Below the pieces are notes generated by a model. That model was not told the DNA's origin. It saw only the letters and a list, made by a program, of their open reading frames with translations, and ran no database searches. From an uncultured Gemmatimonadaceae bacterium (GTDB taxonomy: Bacteria > Gemmatimonadota > Gemmatimonadetes > Gemmatimonadales > Gemmatimonadaceae), in assembly GCA_963761305.1 (NCBI GenBank), contig CAVXGK010000002.1, forward strand, positions 2,144,001 to 2,208,000: a stretch of DNA of 64,000 nt, given 5' to 3'. A program made the position numbers and the translations under genes. Every line of letters begins with the position of its first letter. Within the stretch, counting starts at the first letter, position 1. Positions 31,289-41,248 of this stretch are shown here, piece by piece.

Positions 31289-31927
31289 TCAGCCCCCGAA
31301 CTGCATTTGCACGAAGTCGTACGGCGCCCACGGCCCTGTGACGTCGAACTTGAGCGCGTGGTGAGCCTCGTGCTGTTCGGCCACGGCGCGCATGAAGTCC
31401 TTCCAGTGGTCGCGCTCGACGAGAAACGCGGCGCTCGACACGCGCCCGGTGGACGCGTCGAACATGAGTGGAATCGCCATGACGGCGTTGCGCCGAAGCG
31501 CGCGCACCGCTTCGTTCGCGGCGTTGGCGACGTCGGCGTCCGCCGCACGGCTGGCGCCGGCGCCATCGTGCGTAATGTGCACGCGAGCGGCGGCGCGATC
31601 CTCGACAAACTCCAGCGCTCCCGTCAGGGACACGTAGTGCAACTCCATCCAGCGGGTGATTGCGTCGGCCGACCGAAAGACGACGCCGACCGGTGCGGGT
31701 AGAATCGGCGCGGTGTGAAAAACGGCGTCGACGATGGCGCGGTGGTCTTCGATCCGGTCCTTGTCGACGTCGTCCAGCGCAAAACTCTTCTGGTCAGAGA
31801 CGACCGCCCCGACGTCGCGATACGAGACGAGTCGGCTTCCGACCGTCGCGCCGGGCACTTCGGGCAGGGCGTGTCCGTCGGACAGGACAATTCCGTGGAG
31901 CAGAAGCGGCGTCTGGGATGGCGGCAT
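31289..31927 (-). CDS. Divergent GvpL/GvpF-family protein ending in FGG
   Basis: VGAVVSD, HRAIVDAVF, ILPAPVGVVF, AAFLV, TGPWAPYDFVQMQFGG; start MPPSQTP. Confidence 0.8.
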   Translation of the reverse strand: MPPSQTPLLLHGIVLSDGHALPEVPGATVGSRLVSYRDVGAVVSDQKSFALDDVDKDRIEDHRAIVDAVFHTAPILPAPVGVVFRSADAITRWMELHYVSLTGALEFVEDRAAARVHITHDGAGASRAADADVANAANEAVRALRRNAVMAIPLMFDASTGRVSSAAFLVERDHWKDFMRAVAEQHEAHHALKFDVTGPWAPYDFVQMQFGG

Positions 31928-31932
31928 GGAGT

Positions 31933-32859
31933 TTATTCTAGAGCCCGCATGTGCACGACGCACGCCGCCGCCAAACGTTCCGGCGCGTAGCCCCCCTCGA
32001 GCGCGCTCACCACGCGTCCAGCACACCACCGGTCTGCTCGCTCGACCACGAACCGCGTCAGCTCGGCGACGTGCTCGAGCTCGAGCGTGAATCCGCCGAG
32101 TGGGTCTCCGGCGAGCGAGTCGAAACCGGCGGAGACGAACACGACGTCGGGGACGAAATCGGCTGTCGCCGCGTCGATCGCTCGCTGAAAGGCGTCGACG
32201 TAGACGCGCGGGGCAAGTCCCGCGCTCATCGGGACGTTCCAGATCGTGCGGTGAGGCCCGCGATCCTCGGCGGCGCCGGTGCCCGGGTACCACGGCCATT
32301 GGTGCATCGAGACGAAGCGAATGTCGCGCTCCTCCTCGACGAGCGCTTGCGTGCCGTTGCCGTGGTGCACGTCCCAGTCGACGATCAACACGCGCTCGGC
32401 TCCGTGTCTTTGTCGTGCGTAGTGCGCGCCGACCGCCACGTTGCCGAAGAGACAGAAACCCATCGCGCGCGAGCGCACCGCGTGATGCCCCGGTGGACGC
32501 ACGGCGCAGAAGCTTCGTCGCGGACCGTCGCCAAACGCGAAGTCGACACCGTCGAGCACCGCACCGGCCGCCGCGGTGGCCGCGTCCCACGAGCCGTCGC
32601 TCACGACGGTGTCAGGATCGAGACGGCCGCCGCCTGCCGCGGCGTACGATTTCACCTTCTCGATGTAGGCGCGATCGTGTGCGAGCACGAGCTCATCGAC
32701 CGATGCGTGGCGCGACTCGACGTGCTGAATGCGGTGGAACAGCTCGGGATCGTCGCGCAGCGCTTTGGGAATCGCCCGAAGCCGGCCCGCGTGTTCGGGA
32801 TGACCCCAACCGGTGTCGTGCCGCCCGCAATCGGAATTCGAGATGAGCGCGATGGCCAC
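31933..32859 (-). CDS. Histone deacetylase family (Zn-dependent deacylase)
   Basis: HPE, RPPGHHA, GFCLFGN, DWDVHHGNGTQ, SAGFD, LEGGY; start near GTG 32859. Confidence 0.94.
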   Translation of the reverse strand: MAIALISNSDCGRHDTGWGHPEHAGRLRAIPKALRDDPELFHRIQHVESRHASVDELVLAHDRAYIEKVKSYAAAGGGRLDPDTVVSDGSWDAATAAAGAVLDGVDFAFGDGPRRSFCAVRPPGHHAVRSRAMGFCLFGNVAVGAHYARQRHGAERVLIVDWDVHHGNGTQALVEEERDIRFVSMHQWPWYPGTGAAEDRGPHRTIWNVPMSAGLAPRVYVDAFQRAIDAATADFVPDVVFVSAGFDSLAGDPLGGFTLELEHVAELTRFVVERADRWCAGRVVSALEGGYAPERLAAACVVHMRALE

Positions 32860-32867
32860 GGGTGGGC

Positions 32868-33203
32868 CTACCGAACCGGCCGCCTCCGCCGAAACATCAT
32901 CAGCAAAATCGATCCGTCGACGACGCCGCAATCGCCCAGCGACGCCATTTCGTCGAGGATTTCCCAACCGTGGAGCTTGACCACCATCTCGTCCGGCGCC
33001 GACTCGGGATGGAGCGCGTGCAGCGCGGCGTTCTTGACCTCGATCACCGGCTGCGACGACGACGCGACGACGCGGACCACGTCCCACACTTCCGGCATCT
33101 CGACGCGAATCGTGATCGCGGCCGCGCCTTGCGGGGCCAGGTTGATCGTCGAGCCGCGTGTGCGCAGTGTCGTCACGAACGGAGCGGACGTTGGCTCGCT
33201 CAC
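32868..33203 (-). CDS. Small protein with putative ubiquitin-like (beta-grasp, EsaB/YukD-like) fold
   Basis: ITIRVE..VVRV....PVIEVKNAAL....VKLHGWEILDEMASLGDCGVVDGSILLM matches the ubiquitin pattern (G..L.D..TL...GI..GS.L.L); basic tail RRRRPVR, no GG. Confidence 0.65.
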   Translation of the reverse strand: MSEPTSAPFVTTLRTRGSTINLAPQGAAAITIRVEMPEVWDVVRVVASSSQPVIEVKNAALHALHPESAPDEMVVKLHGWEILDEMASLGDCGVVDGSILLMMFRRRRPVR

Positions 33204-33481
33204 GACGCGTCCTCGGCGGCGGGATTGAGCGTCGAGAAGAATCGCGACACCTGCATGTCGAACAGGTAGCTCGATCCGGTCACGCGCGTGCCGCCGTTCG
33301 TGGAGGCGGCGACGCCGATGACGATCTCCTCCCCGCCTTGGCCGCGAAAGGTGCAGAACCCCGGGCCTTCCTCGTCGATGAACGCCGGGTACAGGGACGG
33401 GCGATTGGCGAAGAACACCTTGGCGCGGGCGAGCACCTCGTCGGGGCTCGCCGTGGTCGTGGTTTCCTGAAGAGTCGGCAT
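33200..33481 (-). CDS. Small hypothetical protein
   Basis: 93-aa ORF overlapping the Ubl-like gene by 4 nt (GTGA); alpha/beta-like pattern. Confidence 0.7.
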   Translation of the reverse strand: MPTLQETTTTASPDEVLARAKVFFANRPSLYPAFIDEEGPGFCTFRGQGGEEIVIGVAASTNGGTRVTGSSYLFDMQVSRFFSTLNPAAEDAS

Positions 33482-33494
33482 TGGATGCGAAGGA

Positions 33495-34841
33495 TCAGTG
33501 GGCCGGCGTCATGCGTGGGGCGCGCAGCGGAACGTCGAGCCGGAAGGTAGAGCCCTGTCCAACCATCGACGTCACCGTGATGTCGCCGTGCAGGAGCCGA
33601 GCAAGCCGCCGGCCGAGCGCGAGACCGAGACCGGAACCGCCGTACTCACGGGTGAGCCCGCCGTCGACCTGGTGGAATTCGTCGAAGATCGTGGTGATCG
33701 CCTCGGCGGGAATGCCGATGCCGGTGTCGGTCACGAGATAGACCACGCGCCCGTTCGAGATCTCGAGCGACACGCGCACGTGACCGGCCCGGGTGAACTT
33801 GAACGCGTTGGCGACGAGAATGCGGATCACCTTCGACAACATGCGGCCGTCGCCGATCATCGGCGGCACGATGTCGGGCTCGGAGACGTCCAGCGTGACG
33901 TCATCGCGTTTCCCCTTCGCCGCCTTGATCGCGTCGCGCAACGGCGTGCGCGGATCCAATTCGGCGAGCTCCAGGTCGAGCGCGCCGCGTTTCAGCGCCG
34001 TGAGCTCGAGCAGGTCGCCGATGAGCGTGAGCAGATGCTCGCTCGCCGCGTTCACCTGCTGGAGCGTGTGGATCTGCTCGTCGTTGACGGGGCCGGCGAC
34101 GCCTTCCTCGAGCAGGGCCGTGTAGCCCATCACCGCGGTGAGCGGCGTGCGCAACTCGTGCGAGATGTTCTGGAGGAACTGGTCTCTCACGCGGCGAGCC
34201 TCGAGCGCGTCGGCGTACTGCTGCTCGAGCTGCACGTTGGTCGCGGTAAGCGCGGCGTTGGCTCGTTTGAGATCTTGAATGAGGCGCGACTTTTCGGCCG
34301 TCGCCGCCATTTGATCTGCCACCATTCGGACGAGATGCCGCGTGTCGCGACCCACGGCGTTGGGCGACGAGAAGTAGAACGTGACCGTGCCGAGCACCGC
34401 GCGCGGCGTCTGCAGCGGCAGCGCGACGAACGAGCGGAAGCCGAGCTCTTTGGCGACCTCTCGCCAGTCGGCGAGCGCCGGATCCTGGAACACGTCGAGC
34501 ACTTCGATCGTGCGCCGCTCGGTGGCCGCGAGGCCGCTCGGACCGTGACCGAGCCGCACGCGCATCTGGTTGAGAAACTTCGCGTATCGGCCGGGCCAGT
34601 TGTGGACCGCGGCGAGCCGCATCAGGTCCGTGCCTTCGTCGATGACGTAGACGCAGCCGAACGACGCGCCGATCAGCGGGCACACGCGATCGAGCGCGAA
34701 TTGAAAGACCTCTTCCGGGCGCTCGGCGGTGATGAACGCGTGGACGATCTCGCGAGCGGCCATCAGCTCGCGCAACCCGACGTCACCATCGGGTGTTTGA
34801 CCGCGGAAGCGCTCGGACGTCGTCGACACTGGCGTCGTCAC
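33495..34841 (-). CDS. GAF-domain histidine kinase
   Basis: GAF region (GHGPSG, FRSFVALPL), FLQNISHELRTPL, NAFKFT, DTGIGI, GGSGLGL. Confidence 0.92.
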   Translation of the reverse strand: MTTPVSTTSERFRGQTPDGDVGLRELMAAREIVHAFITAERPEEVFQFALDRVCPLIGASFGCVYVIDEGTDLMRLAAVHNWPGRYAKFLNQMRVRLGHGPSGLAATERRTIEVLDVFQDPALADWREVAKELGFRSFVALPLQTPRAVLGTVTFYFSSPNAVGRDTRHLVRMVADQMAATAEKSRLIQDLKRANAALTATNVQLEQQYADALEARRVRDQFLQNISHELRTPLTAVMGYTALLEEGVAGPVNDEQIHTLQQVNAASEHLLTLIGDLLELTALKRGALDLELAELDPRTPLRDAIKAAKGKRDDVTLDVSEPDIVPPMIGDGRMLSKVIRILVANAFKFTRAGHVRVSLEISNGRVVYLVTDTGIGIPAEAITTIFDEFHQVDGGLTREYGGSGLGLALGRRLARLLHGDITVTSMVGQGSTFRLDVPLRAPRMTPAH

Positions 34842-34887
34842 GTTAGAGGAAACTAGACGACAGGTGGGCGGGCGGACACCCGTCCAC

Positions 34888-35571
34888 CTACTTTTTCGGC
34901 ACCGTCAACGTTCGAATCTCAACGCGATGCACGAGCACGGACGGTGGGGTTGCGATGATCGACGCCACGGCGTCGGCGACGTCGTGCGCGGCGAGGGCCC
35001 AGCTCGAATTGTCACGTTCCGAGAACGACGTCGACACGGAGCCCGGGTTCACCACCGACACCTTCACCCCGTAGTCGCGCAGCTCCAGCATCAGCGATTC
35101 GGCGAAGCTGTTGGCGGCGGCCTTGGTCGCGGCGTAGGCCGTGCCACCGGCAAATGGACTTCGCCCGGTGATCGATCCGATCACCACGACATGGCCGGAT
35201 CGCCGCTCGACCATGGCCGGCACGACCGCGCGCGTGACGTCGAACAGCGCGTTGAAGTTGAGGTCGACCATTTGCATCCATTGCTCGCGCGTCAGCTCGA
35301 GCAGCGGCTTCAGGACGCCCATCCCGGCGTTGTTGACGAGAACCTGGGCGTCGATTCCGGTCAGGGACGACTCGACCGCGCGATTGTCCGTGATGTCGAT
35401 CGGGATGGGCCGGCACGAACCGCCGGCCGCCTCGATTTCCTTGCCGAGCGAATCCAGCTGATCCGCCGACCGCGCCACGGCGACGATGTCATACTCCGTG
35501 GCCAGCCGTTTGGCGACCGCTCGGCCGATGCCGCGAGATGCTCCCGTGACGACCGCGATCGGTTTGGGCAT
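34888..35571 (-). CDS. SDR-family oxidoreductase
   Basis: TGASRGIG, NNAG, YAATK, NPG. Confidence 0.93.
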   Translation of the reverse strand: MPKPIAVVTGASRGIGRAVAKRLATEYDIVAVARSADQLDSLGKEIEAAGGSCRPIPIDITDNRAVESSLTGIDAQVLVNNAGMGVLKPLLELTREQWMQMVDLNFNALFDVTRAVVPAMVERRSGHVVVIGSITGRSPFAGGTAYAATKAAANSFAESLMLELRDYGVKVSVVNPGSVSTSFSERDNSSWALAAHDVADAVASIIATPPSVLVHRVEIRTLTVPKK

Positions 35572-35602
35572 GTGAAGAATCTACGGCCAACGCGACCAGG
35601 TA

Positions 35603-36163
35603 CTACTTCGGCCAGAGGAGCACAAACGTCTCGGCGGTGATCGCCGCGTAGATGAAACCATCGATGGTCGCTTTCAACGTGGTCATCCACGGCCGGCGAT
35701 ACCAGATCGACATCTGCCAGAGCGCGAACGCGTAGCCCATGAACGCGGTCAGGCCGACAGTGTGGAAGATCGTGTGATGCTCAGCCGGCGGCGTGATCGC
35801 CCGAAACGCGATGTGTCCGGCGAAGTACGAGACGACGATCGAGTACACGAACCATAGCCCGAGGGTCTTCCCCATCGGCATCATGCCGTTCGGCATCATG
35901 TTGAGGATGAACACCGGCCCGCGATTGGCGCGCTCGAGAAACTCGGGTGACCGCAGCGCCGCTCGGCTCGCCGGGCGCGGAACGAAGTACTCCCCGGTCG
36001 GAATTCCCAGCGGACGCAGCGCATCCATCACGGCGTCCTCGTTCGCCAGGCGCGGGTAGTCGTTCTTGTGCCAGGGCAGCAGCATGTGAACGATCGAGCT
36101 CACCACGAAGACGGCGACGGCAGAGACAAGAATCGGCAGCCACATCGACGCGATCCCGAACAT
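35603..36163 (-). CDS. Membrane protein of unknown function
   Basis: Four hydrophobic segments; IHM..PWHK..Y and IWY.RPW patterns. Confidence 0.75.
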   Translation of the reverse strand: MFGIASMWLPILVSAVAVFVVSSIVHMLLPWHKNDYPRLANEDAVMDALRPLGIPTGEYFVPRPASRAALRSPEFLERANRGPVFILNMMPNGMMPMGKTLGLWFVYSIVVSYFAGHIAFRAITPPAEHHTIFHTVGLTAFMGYAFALWQMSIWYRRPWMTTLKATIDGFIYAAITAETFVLLWPK

Positions 36164-36208
36164 GAGCGGCTCCGGCGTTGAGGGTTTTCTCTCCCGGCCC
36201 GGTTGAAG

Positions 36209-37714
36209 CTAACTCAACATTCGCTCGATGGAGCGCAGCAGCGGACCGAATGAGAGTCCCTTGCCCGCGACGCGCTCCGCCTGCTCGTGCGCCAACTCGC
36301 GCTGGCCTTCGCCGAACATCGCTGAGCAGATCCACGGGCCGGCGCGCGGATTCCGCCACCAGTCCACGTCGTAGCGCTCGACGAGCGTCTCGTTGAGCAA
36401 CGCCTGCAGCTGCCAGGCGCGCAGGTAGCGCGCCGAGTAGAAGCGCGGGTCGACGTCGACGAACGCGTCGGCGCGCCCGTAGCGGAACGTCGTGGCCGCC
36501 GTGAGCCGGTCGACGTAGACGTCGGGCAGCGACTCCCAGCTCGTCGTGCCGCCGTACAACTCCAGCTCGTAGACGAGCTTCGCGCTGTAGCGCCGGAGGA
36601 AGTGCAGCTCCTCGAATCCGATCGACCGCATGAAGGCGGGAAGGTCCTTCGCGCTCAGCTCCGTGTATCGCGCCAGCCATCCGCTGTCCTGCATGCGGTG
36701 GTCGAACAACATGGCGTAGCCTTCGGTGATCGAGTTGTCGCCGAGCCACCGGTACTCGAACGGCAGGTCGGGCTGCATGTACGCGAAGTGCAGCGCGTGG
36801 CCGAGCTCGTGGAGAAAGGTCATCCAGTCGCTCTGGCCGCCGTGCGGCCGCATCACCAGATACACCTCGTTGGGCACGCGCACGGCCGAGCAGAACGCGC
36901 GGGACCGTTTCCCTTCCCGCTCGCCGGTGTCGAGCGTGATGCGTCCCGCGGCGAGCGGATCGACGCCCATCTCCTTCACCTGGCGCCGAATCGATTCTTC
37001 CATGCGCGCCGCCGGGAACGACGCGTCGAACGACTTCGCGCGGAGCATCGCCGCGGCGTCGGCCCGCGTCAGCTCGCTCGGCGACATGCCGAGCACGCGG
37101 CGCGAGAACTCGGGCAGCACTTCGCGCCACATGTCGTCGGTGTCGCGCAGAAAACCCTGGCACGCCGCGGCCAGGTCGACGAGCGACACGCCGCTCAACA
37201 GCTCGAACGTCTCGACGTAGTCGCCGAGACCGAGTCCTTCGACGATGTCGCGCTCGTGCTGAAAACGCTCGAGGCGCATCGGCGCCAGCTCGGCGCTCAC
37301 CAACGTGTTGCGCGCCGCTTCGATCGCGTGGCGAGTCTTCGCGTCGCGCTCGTTCCCCAGCTCGATCGCCACCGCCTGGAACTGCAACTGGCGCGTGTCG
37401 CTGACGTTCACGACCGCCGTGCCTTCCCAGTTGATCTCACGCTCGTCCTGCGCGGCGAGCTGTCGTGAGCTTTGCGATTCGGCCTGCCAGTCGAGCAGCA
37501 GGCGCGTCGCGCGTCGGTCTTCGCTGGCCTCGGGCGCTGCGAGGAACGCCTCGCGCGTGAGTTGAAACGCCTCGTCGCCGAGAATCGCCGCGTGCTTCGC
37601 GTAGACGGGCTGCAGCTCGGGCGACTGCTTCTGGCCGGAATAGGCCAGATAGTATTCGCGCGAGATTTCCTCCATGAAGACCTCGCCGTCGCGGCGAAGC
37701 CGATCGAGCGACAT
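36209..37714 (-). CDS. M3-like oligoendopeptidase (zincin)
   Basis: EGKRSRAFC, FLHELGHALH (HExxH), downstream TEGYA, YSARY; start MSLDRLRR just after the glyQS stop. Confidence 0.8.
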   Translation of the reverse strand: MSLDRLRRDGEVFMEEISREYYLAYSGQKQSPELQPVYAKHAAILGDEAFQLTREAFLAAPEASEDRRATRLLLDWQAESQSSRQLAAQDEREINWEGTAVVNVSDTRQLQFQAVAIELGNERDAKTRHAIEAARNTLVSAELAPMRLERFQHERDIVEGLGLGDYVETFELLSGVSLVDLAAACQGFLRDTDDMWREVLPEFSRRVLGMSPSELTRADAAAMLRAKSFDASFPAARMEESIRRQVKEMGVDPLAAGRITLDTGEREGKRSRAFCSAVRVPNEVYLVMRPHGGQSDWMTFLHELGHALHFAYMQPDLPFEYRWLGDNSITEGYAMLFDHRMQDSGWLARYTELSAKDLPAFMRSIGFEELHFLRRYSAKLVYELELYGGTTSWESLPDVYVDRLTAATTFRYGRADAFVDVDPRFYSARYLRAWQLQALLNETLVERYDVDWWRNPRAGPWICSAMFGEGQRELAHEQAERVAGKGLSFGPLLRSIERMLS

Positions 37715-37716
37715 CG

Positions 37717-39090
<1,374 letters not shown>

Positions 39091-39216
39091 TGTGTGGTGA
39101 GCGGGATCGGGCGCGAAGACCAGAAACCGAAATTAGCGAGGCCTGACGGGGGGCGCTGATTCGGGAGGCGAGGCCGCGCTCGCCGAGGAGAACCCCCGGC
39201 GGTCTGATCGATTGTC

Positions 39217-39255
39217 TTGACACTTGTATGGCATACATGTACATTATACGTGTAC
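39217..39255 (+). promoter_or_regulatory. Sigma70 promoter with overlapping palindromic operators for the TA operon
   Basis: TTGACA (39217-22), 17-nt spacer, TACATT (39240-45); IRs TGTATG-G-CATACA (39225-37) and GTACA-N7-TGTAC (39239-55). Confidence 0.75.
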
Positions 39256-39272
39256 GCGTCAGTGAGCAACGC

Positions 39273-39632
39273 ATGTCATCATCGTCTAAACGGGTCCGCG
39301 AACAGGCGGTCGTCTACCTCGGCCAGCGGGATCGCGCCCTGCTCGAGAATCTGGCCAAAGAGACCGGCCTCTCCCGGACCGAACTCTTCCGCCGAGGGCT
39401 CTGGGCACTCGCCGCACAGACGTTCGGCGGCAGGCAGTCGTCGGCGCTGGAGTACCTCATCACCAACGCCAGCGATGCCCAGGTGCCGCCGGACCTTTCC
39501 GAGCGCGCCGACGACTATCTCTACGGCGGCGGCTACGACGCGCGGGTCGTGCACGAAGGCGAGACGGAAGCGCAAGACGCCAGGCCCGCGCCGCGAAAAC
39601 GAAAGGCGGCCAAGCGTGCGCGTCCTCGTTGA
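39273..39632 (+). CDS. Antitoxin, CopG/RHH-type (VapB-like)
   Basis: QAVVYLGQRDRALLENLAKETGLSRTELFRRGL RHH pattern; DLSERADDYLYG tail; overlaps the PIN gene. Confidence 0.8.
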   Translation: MSSSSKRVREQAVVYLGQRDRALLENLAKETGLSRTELFRRGLWALAAQTFGGRQSSALEYLITNASDAQVPPDLSERADDYLYGGGYDARVVHEGETEAQDARPAPRKRKAAKRARPR

Positions 39633-40023
39633 CACGAGTGCGCTCCTCGCGCTCGCCTACGCGCGAGACCAGTGGCACGCGCGAGCGACCCGCGCCGCAC
39701 GCGCGAACGCGTCGTCGGGCGTGCGCTACGTCGGCACCACCTTCGTCCTCGGCGAGTTCCACGCACACCTCCTCTACCTGCGTGGTCCGGTCGAGGCGCG
39801 CGAGGCGATCACGCGGCTCACCGCCGATCCGACTCACGAGTGGGTCGGGGTGGACGCCGACCTCGTGCAACACGCGACGGCGCGCTGGCTCGCGCGCTTT
39901 CCCGATCAGCGCTTTTCGCTCGCCGACGCGGTGAGCTTCGAGATCATGCGACGCGAGCGCATCACCCACGCGTTCGCGTTCGACAAACACTTCGAGACCG
40001 CGGGCTTCGCTCTCGTGGAATGA
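39616..40023 (+). CDS. vapC: PIN-domain toxin (VapC-like RNase)
   Basis: VLVDTSAL, D.WH, VLGE, FSLADAVSF, FAFDKHF. Confidence 0.9.
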   Translation: MRVLVDTSALLALAYARDQWHARATRAARANASSGVRYVGTTFVLGEFHAHLLYLRGPVEAREAITRLTADPTHEWVGVDADLVQHATARWLARFPDQRFSLADAVSFEIMRRERITHAFAFDKHFETAGFALVE

Positions 40024-40056
40024 CGTTCTATCGCTGTGGAATGACGTTCTATCGCT
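40015..40056 (+). repeat. 21-bp perfect tandem duplication spanning the vapC stop
   Basis: GTGGAATGACGTTCTATCGCT twice. Confidence 0.9.
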
Positions 40057-40072
40057 ATTGAAGAAAATGTCA

Positions 40073-40181
40073 ACGCAGATGACGCAGATTTGAAAAGAGA
40101 TTTCCGCAGATGCAATGGGGGGAGCCACGACCTCCGAGGCCGTATCTGCGGCATTGCTGTTCAGATCTGCGTTATCTGCGT
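40073..40181. repeat. Palindrome family C (GCAGAT/ATCTGC), copy 1
   Basis: ACGCAGATGACGCAGATTTGAAAAGAGATTTCCGCAGAT ... ATCTGCGGCATTGCTGTTCAGATCTGCGTTATCTGCGT. Confidence 0.8.
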
Positions 40182-40228
40182 CCGACTTTCTACCCCCACA
40201 GCGTGGCCCGAGCCGGCGAGCGAACGAT

Positions 40229-41248
40229 CTAGGTGTCCAGCTCCGCGCTCAGCTTGGGCTCGCTCGGCGCGCGTGCGCCGGTCAGCCGCGCGACGATCTT
40301 GTCGCCGTGATAGCGGCCGTTCTCGATGAACACCTTGTTGGCGTCGAACCCGGCGACCACCACGCCGGCGACGAACAGATTCGGGATCGTCGTCTCGAGC
40401 GTTTCAGGGTCGTGCGACGGAATTCCCGTCGTCGCGTCGATCGGCACGCCGAGCTGGCGCAGCAGATCCATGTTGGGCGCGAACCCGGTCATCACGAAAA
40501 CCAAATCCGCCGGGAGACGCTCTTCGCCGCGGGCGGAGGCGATCGTCACGCCGTCCCGCTCGATGCGCACGACGCGCGAGTCCCATCGCGTCGCGATGCT
40601 CCCTTCCTTCTCGCGATTCAGAAAGTCGGGCAGCACCCACGGTTTGATCTTCTTGTCGAACGTCGGACCGAAGTGCACGAGGGTGACTCGCGCGCCGCAT
40701 CTCCACAGGTCGAGCGCTCCCTCGGCCGCCGAGTTGCCGCCGCCGACGACGACGACCGTCTGGTCGAAGGCCTCGTGGCCTTCGCGATAGACGTGCGTCA
40801 CGTTCGGCAGATCCTCGCCCGGCACGCGAAGATAGTTCGGTGACCCGAAGTAGCCGGTCGCGACGACGACCGCGCCGGCGCGCGTTGCGCGCGGCCCGTG
40901 AGCGCGCGACTCGGAGCGCACGACGAATCCGCCGGCCGCCCGTTCGATGGCGACCACGCGCTCGTATTGCCGCAGCGGCACATCGAAGTGGCGGACCACC
41001 GCGCGGTAGTACGCCAGCCCGTCGCGACGCGTCGGCTTCTCGGTCGCGATCACGAACGGCAGATCGCCGAGCGCCAACTTTTCGGCCGTCGAAAAAAACT
41101 GCACGTACGTCGGATAGTGCGCGATCGTGCTCACGACGGCGGCCGCCTCGATCACCACGGTGCTGAGCCGCGCGCGCTGCGCGGAGATCGCCGCGGCCAA
41201 CCCGCACGGGCCGCCGCCGACGATCAGGAGGTCGACCGCGTCGGCCAT
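40229..41248 (-). CDS. ypdA: YpdA-family flavoprotein (putative bacillithiol disulfide reductase)
   Basis: GGGPCGL, YP...FFST, KPTR..L.YY, VATGY, GGGNSA, IKPWVLPDF, FIENGRYHG. Confidence 0.88.
   Translation of the reverse strand: MADAVDLLIVGGGPCGLAAAISAQRARLSTVVIEAAAVVSTIAHYPTYVQFFSTAEKLALGDLPFVIATEKPTRRDGLAYYRAVVRHFDVPLRQYERVVAIERAAGGFVVRSESRAHGPRATRAGAVVVATGYFGSPNYLRVPGEDLPNVTHVYREGHEAFDQTVVVVGGGNSAAEGALDLWRCGARVTLVHFGPTFDKKIKPWVLPDFLNREKEGSIATRWDSRVVRIERDGVTIASARGEERLPADLVFVMTGFAPNMDLLRQLGVPIDATTGIPSHDPETLETTIPNLFVAGVVVAGFDANKVFIENGRYHGDKIVARLTGARAPSEPKLSAELDT

Noticed and set aside
39091..39216. T-box or glycine riboswitch upstream of glyQS
   Set aside because: The region is short and I found no T-box consensus or terminator.
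40015..40056. 21-bp duplication as a CRISPR repeat or att site
   Set aside because: The copies are adjacent with no spacer, there is no integrase, and I saw no matching copy at the other end of the TA module.
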